Positions 1 to 13,600 of a stretch of DNA of 55,195 bases are shown piece after piece (within the stretch, counting starts at the first letter, position 1; each line of letters opens with the position of its first letter). A program made the position numbers and the translations under genes. The notes below the pieces were generated by a model that saw only the letters and a program-made list of their open reading frames with translations, was not told the origin of the DNA and did not search any database. Location: the NCBI GenBank assembly GCA_001938485.1, contig MQRK01192128.1, positions 1-55,195 of the forward strand, given 5' to 3'. Source of the stretch: Girardia tigrina. Lineage: Eukaryota.

Positions 1-43
<43 letters not shown>

Positions 44-45
<2 letters not shown>

Positions 46-1223
46 AAGGTCTTTTATTCAATCGATTTTCTCCAATCTTTGCACATTTACTCATTATCGA
101 TGACAATAAATGATTATGTGAAAATTTGATCGAAAAAAACTTTTTACGATCCCAAAATGGAAAAAAACGGAAAATTCGGAGTTCTCGAACAATATTAATT
201 GCAAGATATCTACTTATAAATTATAAGTAGTTTATATTGATTTTTTATGTTTTTTTTAATTAAATTTTTTTAAATTTTAAAAACTTTGTAGTAGAGTTCT
301 GTCTGCCTAAAAAATGGATTTAATTTTTTGAATTACTAGTTTATACTTGATTTTATAACTTAGTGTTTATAATTACTGTCAGAAATATAGAGAAGTGGAA
401 AATAAATTTCAATATTTTCTTCAATAAATGATGATTGTGATGATTCTCGTATGTTAAATTAATCGAAAACTCTGGACATTGGATGAGATCATTGATCTTT
501 AATGATGACGAGATGCTCTTACATGACACTCAATAGTTATTTTTAAAAATCTTAATACAATTCTCATTGTCATTTGAATTATTTAAAATACTTTACAACT
601 TTAAAATTAACCAGTAAATCAAAAAAAATTATACACATTCTTTATGCAGACATAACACTACTTTTAAAAAAATTTAAAATTCTGTTGACCAAGTAGAGTT
701 CTGCCCGCATAAAGCATGGATATAAAAAATATTTTTTTGATTTACTAATTAAACTTTAATCGGTTTACTGGACTTTATTTATTTTTCAATTTATTTTTTT
801 GCGTAATATAAACTACTTATAATTTATAAGTAGATCTTTTATGCTAATATTGTTCAGGAACTCTTGTGGGACCATTTTGTTCCAATTTTGAGACCTTAAA
901 AAGTTTTTTTGATCAAATTTCCACATAAATATTTATTGTCATCAAGAATGAGTAAATGTATAAAGGGTACATACTGTTTTGGTCCCAGACAGTTTTGGTA
1001 CCTTGGTATATTTATTATAAAATTTTTAGCTGAAGTAAGTATGATCTGTTATGCCGAAATCGTGAATTAGACAATAATACAAATTCGGCATAACAGATCA
1101 TACTTACTTCAGCTAAAAATTTTATAAATAAATATACCAAGGTACCAAAACGGCCTGCTGTCATGTGCAAAGTTGGAAGAAAATTGATTGAGTAAAATCT
1201 TTCAAAAATAGGTTTCTAAATTC
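44..1223. mobile_element. Long-TIR MITE / foldback element; related fragments at ~29840-29930 and ~30400-30465
   Basis: ~45-240 is an imperfect inverted repeat of ~805-960 plus ~1165-1205. Confidence 0.65.
992..1151. mobile_element. Palindromic MITE inserted into the right arm of the larger foldback element
   Basis: Near-perfect ~67-bp arms (992-1058 and 1084-1151) with a ~25-nt spacer. Confidence 0.8.
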
Positions 1224-1437
1224 TGAACTATGATAAAACATTTAAAAATTATGCGTGGAATCAACTTAATAATATATAATACAATAATAATATATATAGA
1301 AAGTAGGCCAATAAAAAGAATGGGAAAAGAATGAAAAAAAGAGAAAAGTTTACAAAAACTAAAGTGGTGTAATTATTGAAATTCATATTAAATAGATCAT
1401 TATCCGTTCAAAGTTTATTCTTCATTGTTTAATAATG

Positions 1438-1617
1438 TCAGAAATACTTGGAATGTTTTGTGTGTTGTTTGAATATTATTATTTTATATATTTCCCATTC
1501 GATGACAACGATTGCGAATCATAAATATCAATGAAATGCAGAAAATAGTAACCGTTATTGTTGGAAAGTATTTTACGTAGTTCATCAGGACAACTTTCTC
1601 CAACGATTTTTAAAAAT
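1438..1617 (-). CDS. Putative RBBP6-like terminal exon 8
   Basis: ctaatag acceptor, open frame to TGA at 1438; no homology support. Confidence 0.4.
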
Positions 1618-4600
1618 CTATTAGAGATAAATTCAATGAAACTAATTGAAAAAATATCTAAATTACTTCATATATATCACAGGATCAAATTCCAAATCGT
1701 TTATCGGTATATTATTCATATCTTTGGTAGCGGGATTGGTTTTGATTTCTAATTGTTTGACAAAATTAATACAGCGTATAAAACTTAAGGTTTGTGATAA
1801 AATAATGCAATAAGACAAATCGGATATGAAATAAGAATATCAATTTTCTGGTGCATTTTTATTATGTTCATTAACTCTAACAGGAGAGTGATAAGATATT
1901 TTCATAAACAAGTAAAATTTGTAAACTTATAATCAAGATCGAATACTGCTTTCTAAATTATGGTGGAGTAGTAAATTATGATGACTGCATTTTATGTTAC
2001 CGATTAACCGGTAATGAAATCACTATTGATAAGAAAACTAAGACTTTGCAACAGATAATCCGAAAGATATTCATTTATTCGATACAGAAGAGTAACTTGT
2101 AATGAATCCAGTAAACAACATAACAAATGTACGTATATACTTTTTGTATTTGTAATCATTTGACTAATTAAAAAGAAGTTCAGCGATCATTCAATTATAT
2201 CTTTGGCTTCCCTTATAATATTTACACATGTTCGACTATTAGTTCTTTTCCAAAAGGTCCAAAATTTTCTTGTTCGAAATTTTTCAAGTTCTCAAAGGTA
2301 TGAAAGACCTTTTAAATGTGACGATATAAAAATACAATTAATTTATGTGAATATTGTGCATTCATTCTATATTATATAGCTGTCTATAAGTTTGTTTATG
2401 ATAATGAAATAGCAATTCGATATGTTAAGTGAAAATGACGGTTGTCAATGGCATTCATTACAGTCGCGTCTTCATATTAAACTTTCTTCAAAGTAATTAA
2501 TAAATATCAAAACTTTTGATTAATAGTTTATTCGAAATGAATAAGACGATATTTAAAATATTTCCTAACCCATTTTGAAGAAATGAATGAATGAAGACTG
2601 ATCTTTTATTGACGAAAGAAGGTTTATGTCACTTTATGATAAAGATGTATGTCTAAGTGGACAAATGTACCTAAAAAAACATTCATTACGAATATAATTT
2701 TGGAAAATGGAAACAACCTGACCACTACGTTGTGCTATCAATAAGTACCCGGCCTGGCAAAGAAAATGAATTCCAAAAAAAGCCATTTTTATAACACAAG
2801 TTGAACGTATGTAAGCATTATTTTTCAACATAATGTCCATTTCAGTCCACACACTTATACCAACAAATAGAAACTTAGAAAACACCTTTATGAAAAATTC
2901 TGATAGGTATGCGGAGAAGAAATCCTCGCGGAAACCTTCAAATCGTCTTTGGATCCAAACTGGGTACCTCTAAAATGCTTCTATATGTTTTTGAAGAGGT
3001 AAGAATCGTTCGGTATCAAATCTGGGTTGTACAGTGGATGATCCATGGGCACTAGTCCAGCATTTTTAATTGTGGTCCGAGAAATGCCCGTTGTGTGCAC
3101 TGGCGGATTGTAGTGGAAAGACCAAAGTGGTGTGTTTCCGTTTTTCCATTTTCCTGTTTGTCACAAGTTGACTGTAATAATCAGTGTTGATGGTGACGCC
3201 TTTATCATCAAAATCCAGGAGAATATTAAGATCCTAGAAATCGCAAAGCATCATCGCTCATCCATGGCCTTTTCCAGTTCTAATCTTCGAAGATTGCTTC
3301 TCTCTATGCAGTTTCCAATCTACAGACTCACGCTTTGTTTCCGGTGAATACATACTGAGTTGGGTTTCATCCACTGTAATTAAACATGCCAAGGAAGTCT
3401 CGTAATGCTGGTCCCACAGGTTCAAGTTGTTCAGGATGCCCTCCAAGAGGTTTTGCATCATTTCCCGGTCAAGAAGCGGGGTACGAATCCAGAGCACATT
3501 ATTGTGACACCCATGGATTTAAATTTGGCGTGGACTGATGTTGAACTTCGTTTACAGTATTTTTATGACAATTCGACGCTCTTCTTGGATCATTTTCGCC
3601 AACAGTGTCAAAAAATTCTCGTGACCAACCAGTGTTTTCTTGATCGAAAAACGGATGTACGACAACCTTTAAACTCTCTGACCATATATTTAACAGTCGT
3701 CAGAGATGGGGAGTCATGTAGGTAAGTTGACTGCAAAAGATCATAGATTTCACTGTACATCTTCTTCTGTAACACAAAAAACTTGATAACGCTGTAATAT
3801 TCGACATCAGAAATCATCGCACTGACGAAAATTCAAAATGTCGCAATAAAAAATTCTAATGCATTTGATAAAATAGCACAATTAATGGAATTAAGACCCA
3901 TAATAATTTATTTAATCAAATAGAAAACTAAAATTTGGTATTACATTTTTTATCATAGGTCGGGTGTACTTATTGAACACACCAAGTAGGTAATATTGTA
4001 ATATCACAGGAAAATTATTTGATCTACATATTATAATTTAGTTTAATTCCCTTCGAAATATACAAACTATGGATACTAGGTAATAACATCTATTGGCAAC
4101 ATAAATTCATACCAAGATGCTAATTGTATTAATCGTCTTTGTGAGGAATATGGGATGTGTAATTGTTTTTTGTAGTGTTTGCATGTTAAAATGTTGTATG
4201 TTGATTTGTGATTGTGACTATGACTATAGAAATATTTTATTTCAGCAAATAAAATTTAAGTTAAATATTTTAATAAAATAATTTTCTCAAGTATAGTTCA
4301 GATTATAATGAGAGATATTGAAAATTGAGTGATAGATTATAGTGAAAGCAATACTATTGATCATCATAAAGATGATAAGAAATGTGAATGTAATAAATGT
4401 TCTGTCAAATGTGTGAGTTCTCTTAACAGTCTTAATTATTCCATTGTCTATTTGCAACTGTTTGAGTATCACTGTGAAACGTTTATAGATAACATCATGG
4501 AAGACATAGTGTGAAGGATGAAGCGTGAAGAGAATCAACACACTGAGAAATGAATCTTTGATGCTTTGTGGGTCTAAAATGAAAAGTCCATTTAGTAGTA

Positions 4601-7600
4601 ATATAATTGTCCTATCGTGTCCAATGATTTATTGACCCCACTTCGTAAATAGTTTTACGGCATTATCCTTATTTTAAATTTTCTGGGATTCAATACCTCC
4701 GTCAAATTGTCTGAAATAGCTTGTTCTCCGTTGATAAATCAAGCGCATTTAAAACCTAAACTTGATTATGAGGATTAAAGAGAAGTAAGAAATGTTTACT
4801 GTAATGACATGTAATCGCAAGATAAATGATGAATCAGAACAAAACAAAGATTTTTTCGTGACAAATTAAATAAAAAATATATTATGTTGGTCGAAAAATA
4901 ATGGCGGTTTTCGGACAAACTTCAAAAACGTACAAATTCACAGAAAAAAAGTTTATTAATCAAAGTATGAACCGTTGGCATCAATACATTTTTGCCAACG
5001 AGAAACAAGTTGTTTTATTCCATCAGCATAAAATGCATCGGTTCTCGTAGTGACGAATTCTTGGAAGGCATTTTGAGCATCATTTTGGTTTTTGAAAATT
5101 TTTTCACGTAGGAAGTTGTACAAATGCCTGAAAAAGTAGAAGTCCGTTGGCGAGAGGTCTGGTGAATNNNNNNNNNNNNNNNNNNNNNNNNNNNNNNNNN
5201 NNNNNNNNNNNNNNNNNNNNNNNNNNNNNNNNNNNNNNNNNNNNNNNNNNNNNNNNNNNNNNNNNNNNNNNNNNNNNNNNNNNNNNNNNNNNNNNNNNNN
5301 NNNNNNNNNNNNNNNNNNNNNNNNNNNNNNNNNNNNNNNNNNNNNNNNNNNNNNNNNNNNNNNNNNNNNNNNNNNNNNNNNNNNNNNNNNNNNNNNNNNN
5401 NNNNNNNNNNNNNNNNNNNNNNNNNNNNNNNNNNNNNNNNNNNNNNNNNNNNNNNNNNNNNNNNNNNNNNNNNNNNNNNNNNNNNNNNNNNNNNNNNNNN
5501 NNNNNNNNNNNNNNNNNNNNNNNNNNNNNNNNNNNNNNNNNNNNNNNNNNNNNNNNNNNNNNNNNNNNNNNNNNNNNNNNNNNNNNNNNNNNNNNNNNNN
5601 NNNNNNNNNNNNNNNNNNNNNNNNNNNNNNNNNNNNNNNNNNNNNNNNNNNNNNNNNNNNNNNNNNNNNNNNNNNNNNNNNNNNNNNNNNNNNNNNNNNN
5701 NNNNNNNNNNNNNNNNNNNNNNNNNNNNNNNNNNNNNNNNNNNNNNNNNNNNNNNNNNNNNNNNNNNNNNNNNNNNNNNNNNNNNNNNNNNNNNNNNNNN
5801 NNNNNNNNNNNNNNNNNNNNNNNNNNNNNNNNNNNNNNNNNNNNNNNNNNNNNNNNNNNNNNNNNNNNNNNNNNNNNNNNNNNNNNNNNNNNNNNNNNNN
5901 NNNNNNNNNNNNNNNNNNNNNNNNNNNNNNNNNNNNNNNNNNNNNNNNNNNNNNNNNNNNNNNNNNNNNNNNNNNNNNNNNNNNNNNNNNNNNNNNNNNN
6001 NNNNNNNNNNNNNNNNNNNNNNNNNNNNNNNNNNNNNNNNNNNNNNNNNNNNNNNNNNNNNNNNNNNNNNNNNNNNNNNNNNNNNNNNNNNNNNNNNNNN
6101 NNNNNNNNNNNNNNNNNNNNNNNNNNNNNNNNNNNNNNNNNNNNNNNNNNNNNNNNNNNATAAGATTTCAAATAATATCTAACACTAATGCATTTAAACT
6201 TATATACATATCAAAGTAGATAAACAAAGTATAAAGCTCAAAAACCGCCATTATTTTTCGACCAACCTAATATTAATGTTAAATAAAAATAGTATAAATC
6301 ATAAAAGTAATTTGTAATGAAATAAAAATACAATTCCCATAAATGACATTCAAAATTTTAAAGCAAATTATAAGTAAATTCATAGGTTTTCTATTCATTT
6401 TACAATTAGTCTTGATATTAATAATAAATATGTATCAAGAACATAAATAAAACACAGAAAGAGACTAACCTGTCGTCAAATGGGTCGTGTTAATCACCGG
6501 GATCCCTGTTCTATTTCCGAGCCTAGAATTAATTTGAAACCCGATGGATTCAAATATAAATTACTGATTATCGCTCATTAACTGATTGATGGTGTAGTTG
6601 TTCCCGTGATAATGCTGTTCAATCGGATTAACTTCTCCGATACAATTAATGCTCGCCGAATCCACGATGACACTCGAACGAACGTCTTCTGTAACCGGTT
6701 GAACTGAGTCTGTGTGAGTTTCGTGGACAATCGATTCAATAACAGATAATTGTGTCGATTGATCAGGAGTAAAAATAAAGCCACTCAATTCATTCGATTG
6801 ATTCCCCGATGATGGCAGTTCATTAATTTGATTGGAAAACGACGATGACATTGATGAGGATAAAGAATCGATATTATCCACTGAGTCCGCCCCAGTGTCG
6901 ATTTCCCCACTAAATACAGCATCTGGAACAGTTGAGGCGATCTCTATTTCATGAATATCGTCATCTCTAATCACCAATTCATCGGGATTAATAACGGGAA
7001 TCTCCATCAATTCTCTATCGATATTTTCACAATTTAATTTGCCTTGTTTGAGATCGCGAATCATTGAACGAATCTGTGAGTTTTCGATGAGATTATTGCT
7101 TCTATTTGACATCTGGAATGAGTGAATGAAAGATTGATATGATAGCTGAATTTAGGCTTTTATAAAAATGTTTGTTTATACTTTTAAAAACTAATGTAAA
7201 AGAACTAAAAATTTATGCACAAAAATTAATAATTTCTGTATAAAATAATATTATATATTTTGTATCACGCATTTACCTCTACAACTTTACCTGTAAAACA
7301 AATTTACCTCTAAAAAATTGATCAATAGAAATGTGATTAATCTGGTAAATTCAGTTAAAAAGATTTGAAATAAAATCAATCAATAAAATTCTCTAAGAAC
7401 AGATTAATTTATTTCAAAACTTTCGAGATGAATTTAATTTCGTATTTGAGTACTTCGAAGATAATTACGAGGGGTGTCCCAAAAGTTCACGGACTGAGAA
7501 AATATGGCGTGGTCAAGTGTGTGCGTGACTGTAACGCGCGGTGTGTGTACGATGACATTAGGGGGGAACCAACCAATTATAATTGAGGTGAACTCTCATT

Positions 7601-10600
7601 AGCTGCCCGTCGGCATGTGTGTGACATACGAATGTATTAATTTGTCATTTTTCTCTCTTAAAGTTAGTATGGAAGAGGCAGTGAAATCACAACGAGCAAT
7701 CATCTATTTCCTCTGAAAGGAAGACACCCCCACTGCAGATATTGTACACAGTTTACACCGTGTCTTTGGTGATACCGCTATGGGAAGATGGCTGTCTTTA
7801 AGTGGGTGCAACAATTCCAGACAGGGCGTCAGTCATTGGAGGATGATGAACACAGTGGGTGACCAACAACGTCTGGATGTCAAGAAAATGTGAAAGTTAT
7901 CGAAGAAGTCATTCTTGGTGACAGATGTCACCCTTTCCGTGAGATAGCAGCTGTTACAGGCGTTTCTAAAAGTCAGGTGCACCACATCATGTCAGAGGAG
8001 CTGCATATGAGGAAACTGACTACCAGGTGGGTGCCACGCCTCCTGAACAACGACCAAAAGGCTAATCGAAAGTCTGCTTGTCAAGAAATGCTGCAACTGG
8101 TTCTGTCACGGATTGTGACAGTGGACGAAACGTGGCTCCCGTTTGATCGTTCTGAAACCAAGGAGCCGTCCCGTCAATGGTGCCGCCCATCTGACAGACC
8201 CCCTTTAAAGGCGAAGACCGTCCCTTCAACCGGGAAGGTAATGGTTACAGTCTTTTGGGACTGTGATGGGATAATTCACATTGATTACCTGCCAAAGGGG
8301 TCACCATCAACAGCGCATACTACACGAACCTGCTCGACAAAGATCTGCGCAAAGCTCAAGAACAAACGGCTGGGAAAGTTGTCATCCATCCCATTATTGC
8401 AACAGGACAACGCACGTCCCCATACGGCAAAATTGACTGTCAGTACCGTGCAACGATTGGGCTGCACACTTTTGCCTCGCCTGATTATCACCTTTTCTCG
8501 GAATTGAAGAAACCCTTTCGAGGACATCATTTCGCGAATTTGAATGAAATGAAAACAGCAGTCAGTGCGTGGATTGCGGAGACACTGCGTATTTTCTTCG
8601 ATAATGGTATTAGGAAGTTGACACAGAGATGGGAAGAGTGTGTAAAACTGAATGGTGATTATATTGAAAAGTTCGATAGCAATTCTGATGAGGATTGATC
8701 AATTTTGTTAACTGGAAGAAAATTTTTGAATTTGTTGTTACTTATCAGCCCGCGCACTTTTGGGACACCCCTCATATATAGGTCATTTTGACCATATAAT
8801 AAACTGTCGCAGAATTCCTCCATTTTCAAAAATTTTATGGAATGTTAGAGATGCAACATTTAATAATCCGAATAGAACGAATAACGATGTGGAGGGTTGG
8901 CACTCATCGTTTGCAGAGACGGCAAACTGTTCACATGCTTCTTTATTTAAATTTGTGGATATTTTTAAAAATTGATGAAAACTTTCAGCGTTTAGTATAT
9001 CAACAAAACAATGGGTTAACCGATCCGGTACACAGAAGAAGAATGTACCGAGTACTATACATGAGATTGCAAAGGAGAAGTAATACATGAGAGGGGAGAT
9101 GATTTAAGATTTTTAAATGATGTTTCTCTTGTTTGAACATTATTAATAAAAAGAATTATAAAGTATTGGGTTGGCAACTAAGTAATTGCGGATTTCACTC
9201 ATAGATGGCTTCAGTTGAATTTTTAGGTTTGTAGACGTAGTACAAATGTAAAACACATTTTGTTATTTGATAGTTGGCAACTCAGCTGTCAATCAGTAAA
9301 AAAAGTTTTTTTATCGGTTGCGTAGCTTTCGTTTGGCCTTCGTTGAAAATTGGAAAATCAAAAGGAACATTTTCGTCATATTTTGCTTTTTTATTTCCGC
9401 AAAGGGAAAAACGCATCGCAAGCTCATAAAAAGTTATGTTCTGCTTATGGTGACGAAGCCTTAAAGGAAGGGTAGTGCCAAAATTGGTTTGGGAAATTTC
9501 GTTCTGGTGATTTTTCACTCAAATATGAAAAACGCCATGGTCGTCCAGTTGAAGTTGATGACGTCCTAATCAAAGCAATAATCGATTTGGATCGTCACAG
9601 TACAACACGTGAGATCACATACATACATTGAAAATCACTTAAAACAATTTGGCTATATTCAAAAACTCGATACGCGGGTTCCTAACGAACTGAAAGAAAA
9701 GCATTTAACGCAACGCATTAACAGCTGCGATTTGCTAAAGAAACGTAATGAAAATGATCCATTTTTAAAACGACTGATAACTGGCGATGAAAAATGGATT
9801 GTTTACATCAATATCAAGCGGAAAAGAACGTGGAGCAGGCCAAGTGAACCAACTCAAACAACATCGAAAGCTGATATTCATCAAAAGAAGGTTTTGCTAT
9901 CCATTTGGTGGGATTACAAAGGAATTGTCTACTTTGAACTCTTACCACCCAATTTAACGATCAATTCTGATGTCTACATTGAACAACTAACGAAATTAAA
10001 CAATGCAGTTGAAGAGAAGCGGCCCGAATTGACAAATCGAAAGTGTTGTATTGCATCATGAAAATACAAAGCCACACATACCTTTGGTCACTCAGCAAAA
10101 ATTATTGGAGCTTGGTTGTGATGTTTTGCCACATCCACCATATAGTCCTGACCTTGCACCATCTGATTACTTTTTCTTTCGATCTTTACAAAACTCATTG
10201 AATGGTAAAAGGTTCCATAATGATGATGATGTCAAATCGAACCTGATTCAGTTTTTTACTAATAAAAACCAGAAGTTTTATGAACGTGGGATTTTGATGC
10301 TGCCTGAAAGATGACAAAGGGTCACTTATCAAAATTGGCAATACATTACAGAATAAAGTTCTTTAGGTCCATGAAAAAATTGACTTTGATTTTCTAAAGA
10401 AAATCCGCAATTACTTAGTTGTCAACCCAATATTATTTCTTTTAACTTTTTATGTATATTTTTTATCAAACTTTTTATCAAAGCATTTGGAGGTTGATAT
10501 TTTAGAGGTAAATACGTGGGATTATATATTTGTATGTATTAACTAATAATTTCTACAAAAAAAGAATATTTGCTATATGTAAACGAAAAAGAACGCAAAC

Positions 10601-13600
10601 ATATGTTGAGATTTTTACAAGCTTTTATTACGTTTCATTTGTTTGTCTGTCTGGATGCATCAAATCTTGGGATCGAAAATTCACCCACTTCCCGTTCACC
10701 TAGCGACATGAAACTTTCAGGACTGATGTATTCTAGGTGACAATACACTTTTTCCCTGTCACTGCTCATCTACCGCCTTTAGTTTGGCCGCAAAAAGTAA
10801 TTAAAGTGTCGTTCTCATGTTTTCCTCAGTAGTAGGCTTTGAAATTTGCTACATCTAAATGCAAATAGAAAGAGGGTTTTCGCCTAGTAGGCTTTGATAA
10901 TTCAGTCAAAAAATGTGGAAAGTGGGTGAAATAGATACAGAACCGCAAACATGATCGTCGGTGTTCTACATTGTTGTAAACAATCCATTTTTCGATACCC
11001 GTAATCAAGCGCTTCAAAAATGGATCACTTTGTTCTCGCTTCAAAAGGGAATTGCAAATGTCTACGTTTCACGAAATGAATTTCTTTCAGTTCATGTGGT
11101 AACCATATATCGAGTTTACTGACGAATCCAAGTTTCTTTAAATGACTTCCAACACTTGATTTTGATATTTCCAGAGTCTCTGCAACTTCTCTTGTCGTCA
11201 TATGTGGATTAGATTTGATCAGTGCTGTTATTTTGTCGCCATCAACTTCAATTGGTCGACCGGAGCGTGGTGCATCTTTCATGTGAAATTTTTCAGAACG
11301 AAATTTAGAAAACTAGTATTGACACTGTCGAAGTTTTAAGGAGTCACTAGCATATACAAAACATATCTTCTTATGAGCTTGCACAGCGGTTTTACCTTTG
11401 CGAAAATAATGCAACAAAACATAACGAATATGCTTATTTTGATTTTCCATTTCGAATTTCCGGTAAAGTAATAAATTACAACAAAATCAATTAACCCTAC
11501 AATGCGCAATTTTTTTAATTATCATAAAAAAAGCGGCCAGTATTACAAACCAAACTGTCATTTTTGTTGACAAAATATATTGCGTCTATGACTTTATGGG
11601 CAGTTATCATTCCATAGACAATGTTTTTGGTTCACAGTATGTAAACATTCAAAGAATATCACGTGATTAAAAGATATTGAGGTAAAATATGGTTGATTCA
11701 AATATGAATCACGGCGCATTGTAGGGTTAATATTTGGTATAAACATAGTCTGGAAATTGAGGTTTCAGAATATATAATTGAATTTAAATTTTATCACATC
11801 GTTTTATATTTTCAAGCTGTTTATTAGGACGTACTCAAAAACGCAATGACTTTTTGGCCAACCCGATAATTTAGAATTTTTTATGTATTTCGGACTATTG
11901 GAATTAAAATTTACTTTTTAAAACATGTGTAGTTATAATCGATATTTTCAAATCAGATTTTAAAGTTCCACACAAATTGTTCCTGTTTTATTATTCATTA
12001 TTTTTAATTTTACAAGTGGTTATAAAACTTTTATTACAGGTCGAAACAAAATTAAGAATAATAAATTCGACTAAACTAACAATCGATCTGCAATCAGGAC
12101 ACTCGAGAGACCCAGATATGTCGGGATCGAACAGATATCCCGTGATACATTGGTAACAATAGTTTTTCTTGCAACAATTTATCTGTATCGCATCTTTCAT
12201 CAGATCATTACACAGTGGGCACTTTAGAGCATTCGGCACTACAAACACGGGCTTCTCAACGACCGTTTCAATTGGAACAACCACATCGACACTGTCGGCA
12301 ACATTGAATTTATATCACAGAAATAACAACATTAAAACTTTATTTTGTCATCATTTTCAATTGCTGATGTTTCGGGACGATTTATCTCGATTAAATTATC
12401 ATTGACATTACTTGGAATTGAGACTTCTTTCTTTTTCTTGTTGTCACTATTTACGATTAATTGTCAAATAGGTGATTTGTTGAAAATATAATCATAAATA
12501 TTGCCCAAGATCTCACCAAAAAATATTAGTTTTGTTTCTATTTTACCTAACCCAAAAGATATTATTTGAAGAAAAATTTACTATTTTGCCAAAAAATCAC
12601 TCAGATTTAAGTGACTGACATTTTTGAAGAAAATTTTCATAAAGAGTTAGGTGGTCTAGATGATTTGATTTAAGCATGAGGTTATGTATAATCATGATGT
12701 TAAAATATTTCATGGTATGGATGCTCAAGCAGCAATTTTATTAGTGATGTACCGGAATCTGGCTCAAATCCGGCCGGAGCTGGTTTTCTGCCCTTTTTAG
12801 AAAACCAGCTTCGGTCATAAAATTTACCACTTTTGAGCCGGATTTTGTAAGGGTATACAGATGTGCAAAAAAACATCTAAAAGCTATGTATTGAAAAATG
12901 ATTGCTTCCCTTCTTTTATGACCTTCATTCCCCTCCACAATCAATCTTTGTTTAACATATTCGTTAAGGCTATATACTTTGGGACCCATTGAGTACTGCC
13001 AATAAATTGACAAATTGCATCACGAGCTCCGACGTATGTGCCCGAGATTGGCCAATATGAAGGGGCCAATTCTCCTCCACGACAACGCCCGGACACGCAT
13101 TGCAAAACGGACCCTACAAACTCTGCCTCCTCCACCCTACTACCATTGTTTAAATCAACTTCCTCCTGGAAAATGCTTCAAAAACCCAGACGACGCCTTT
13201 GACGCTTTTATCGCATCCAGAATTCAGGAGTTCGACACTAACTACATCAATAAACTTGTTTCTCATTGGCAAAAATGTATTGATTCTGATGGTTTTTATT
13301 TCGATTAATAAAGTTCATTCTGTGCTGAGTTACATTTGTTTAAAGTTTAGGTTCAAAAACCTGCATTGTTTCTGCAACAACCCAATATTACAACTTCAAC
13401 ATAATTTATTTCAGAACAGAAACATATTGATTTTGATTCTAGGAAGTGATTTTCATTAAAATTTTCATAAGAAATATATTATCAAATATTATCATAAAAA
13501 ATTTTCATTAGATAATTTATCGGGTTTTAATATGAGATAGATAATATGAGACGATAGATAAATTAATGAATAAAGAACATGAGGTTAAAGACGAATTAAA

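Larger units (their letters stand above)
7263..10522 (+). mobile_element. Degenerate MULE-like element hosting two mariner insertions
   Basis: Inverted ends cacgcatttacctcta / tagaggtaaatacgtg; remnant PPF..LWNV...RTNNDVEGWHSSF at ~8800-8975 is typical of MULE transposase C-termini. Confidence 0.55.

Noticed and set aside
5104-6171. Long ORFs made of X (also 15807-17264 and 32407-32815)
   Set aside because: Artefacts of translating N gaps inside transposons.
6561-7112. Standalone intronless 183-aa gene
   Set aside because: The ATG directly follows a good acceptor, and the peptide continues the RING domain in phase; better explained as an RBBP6-like exon.
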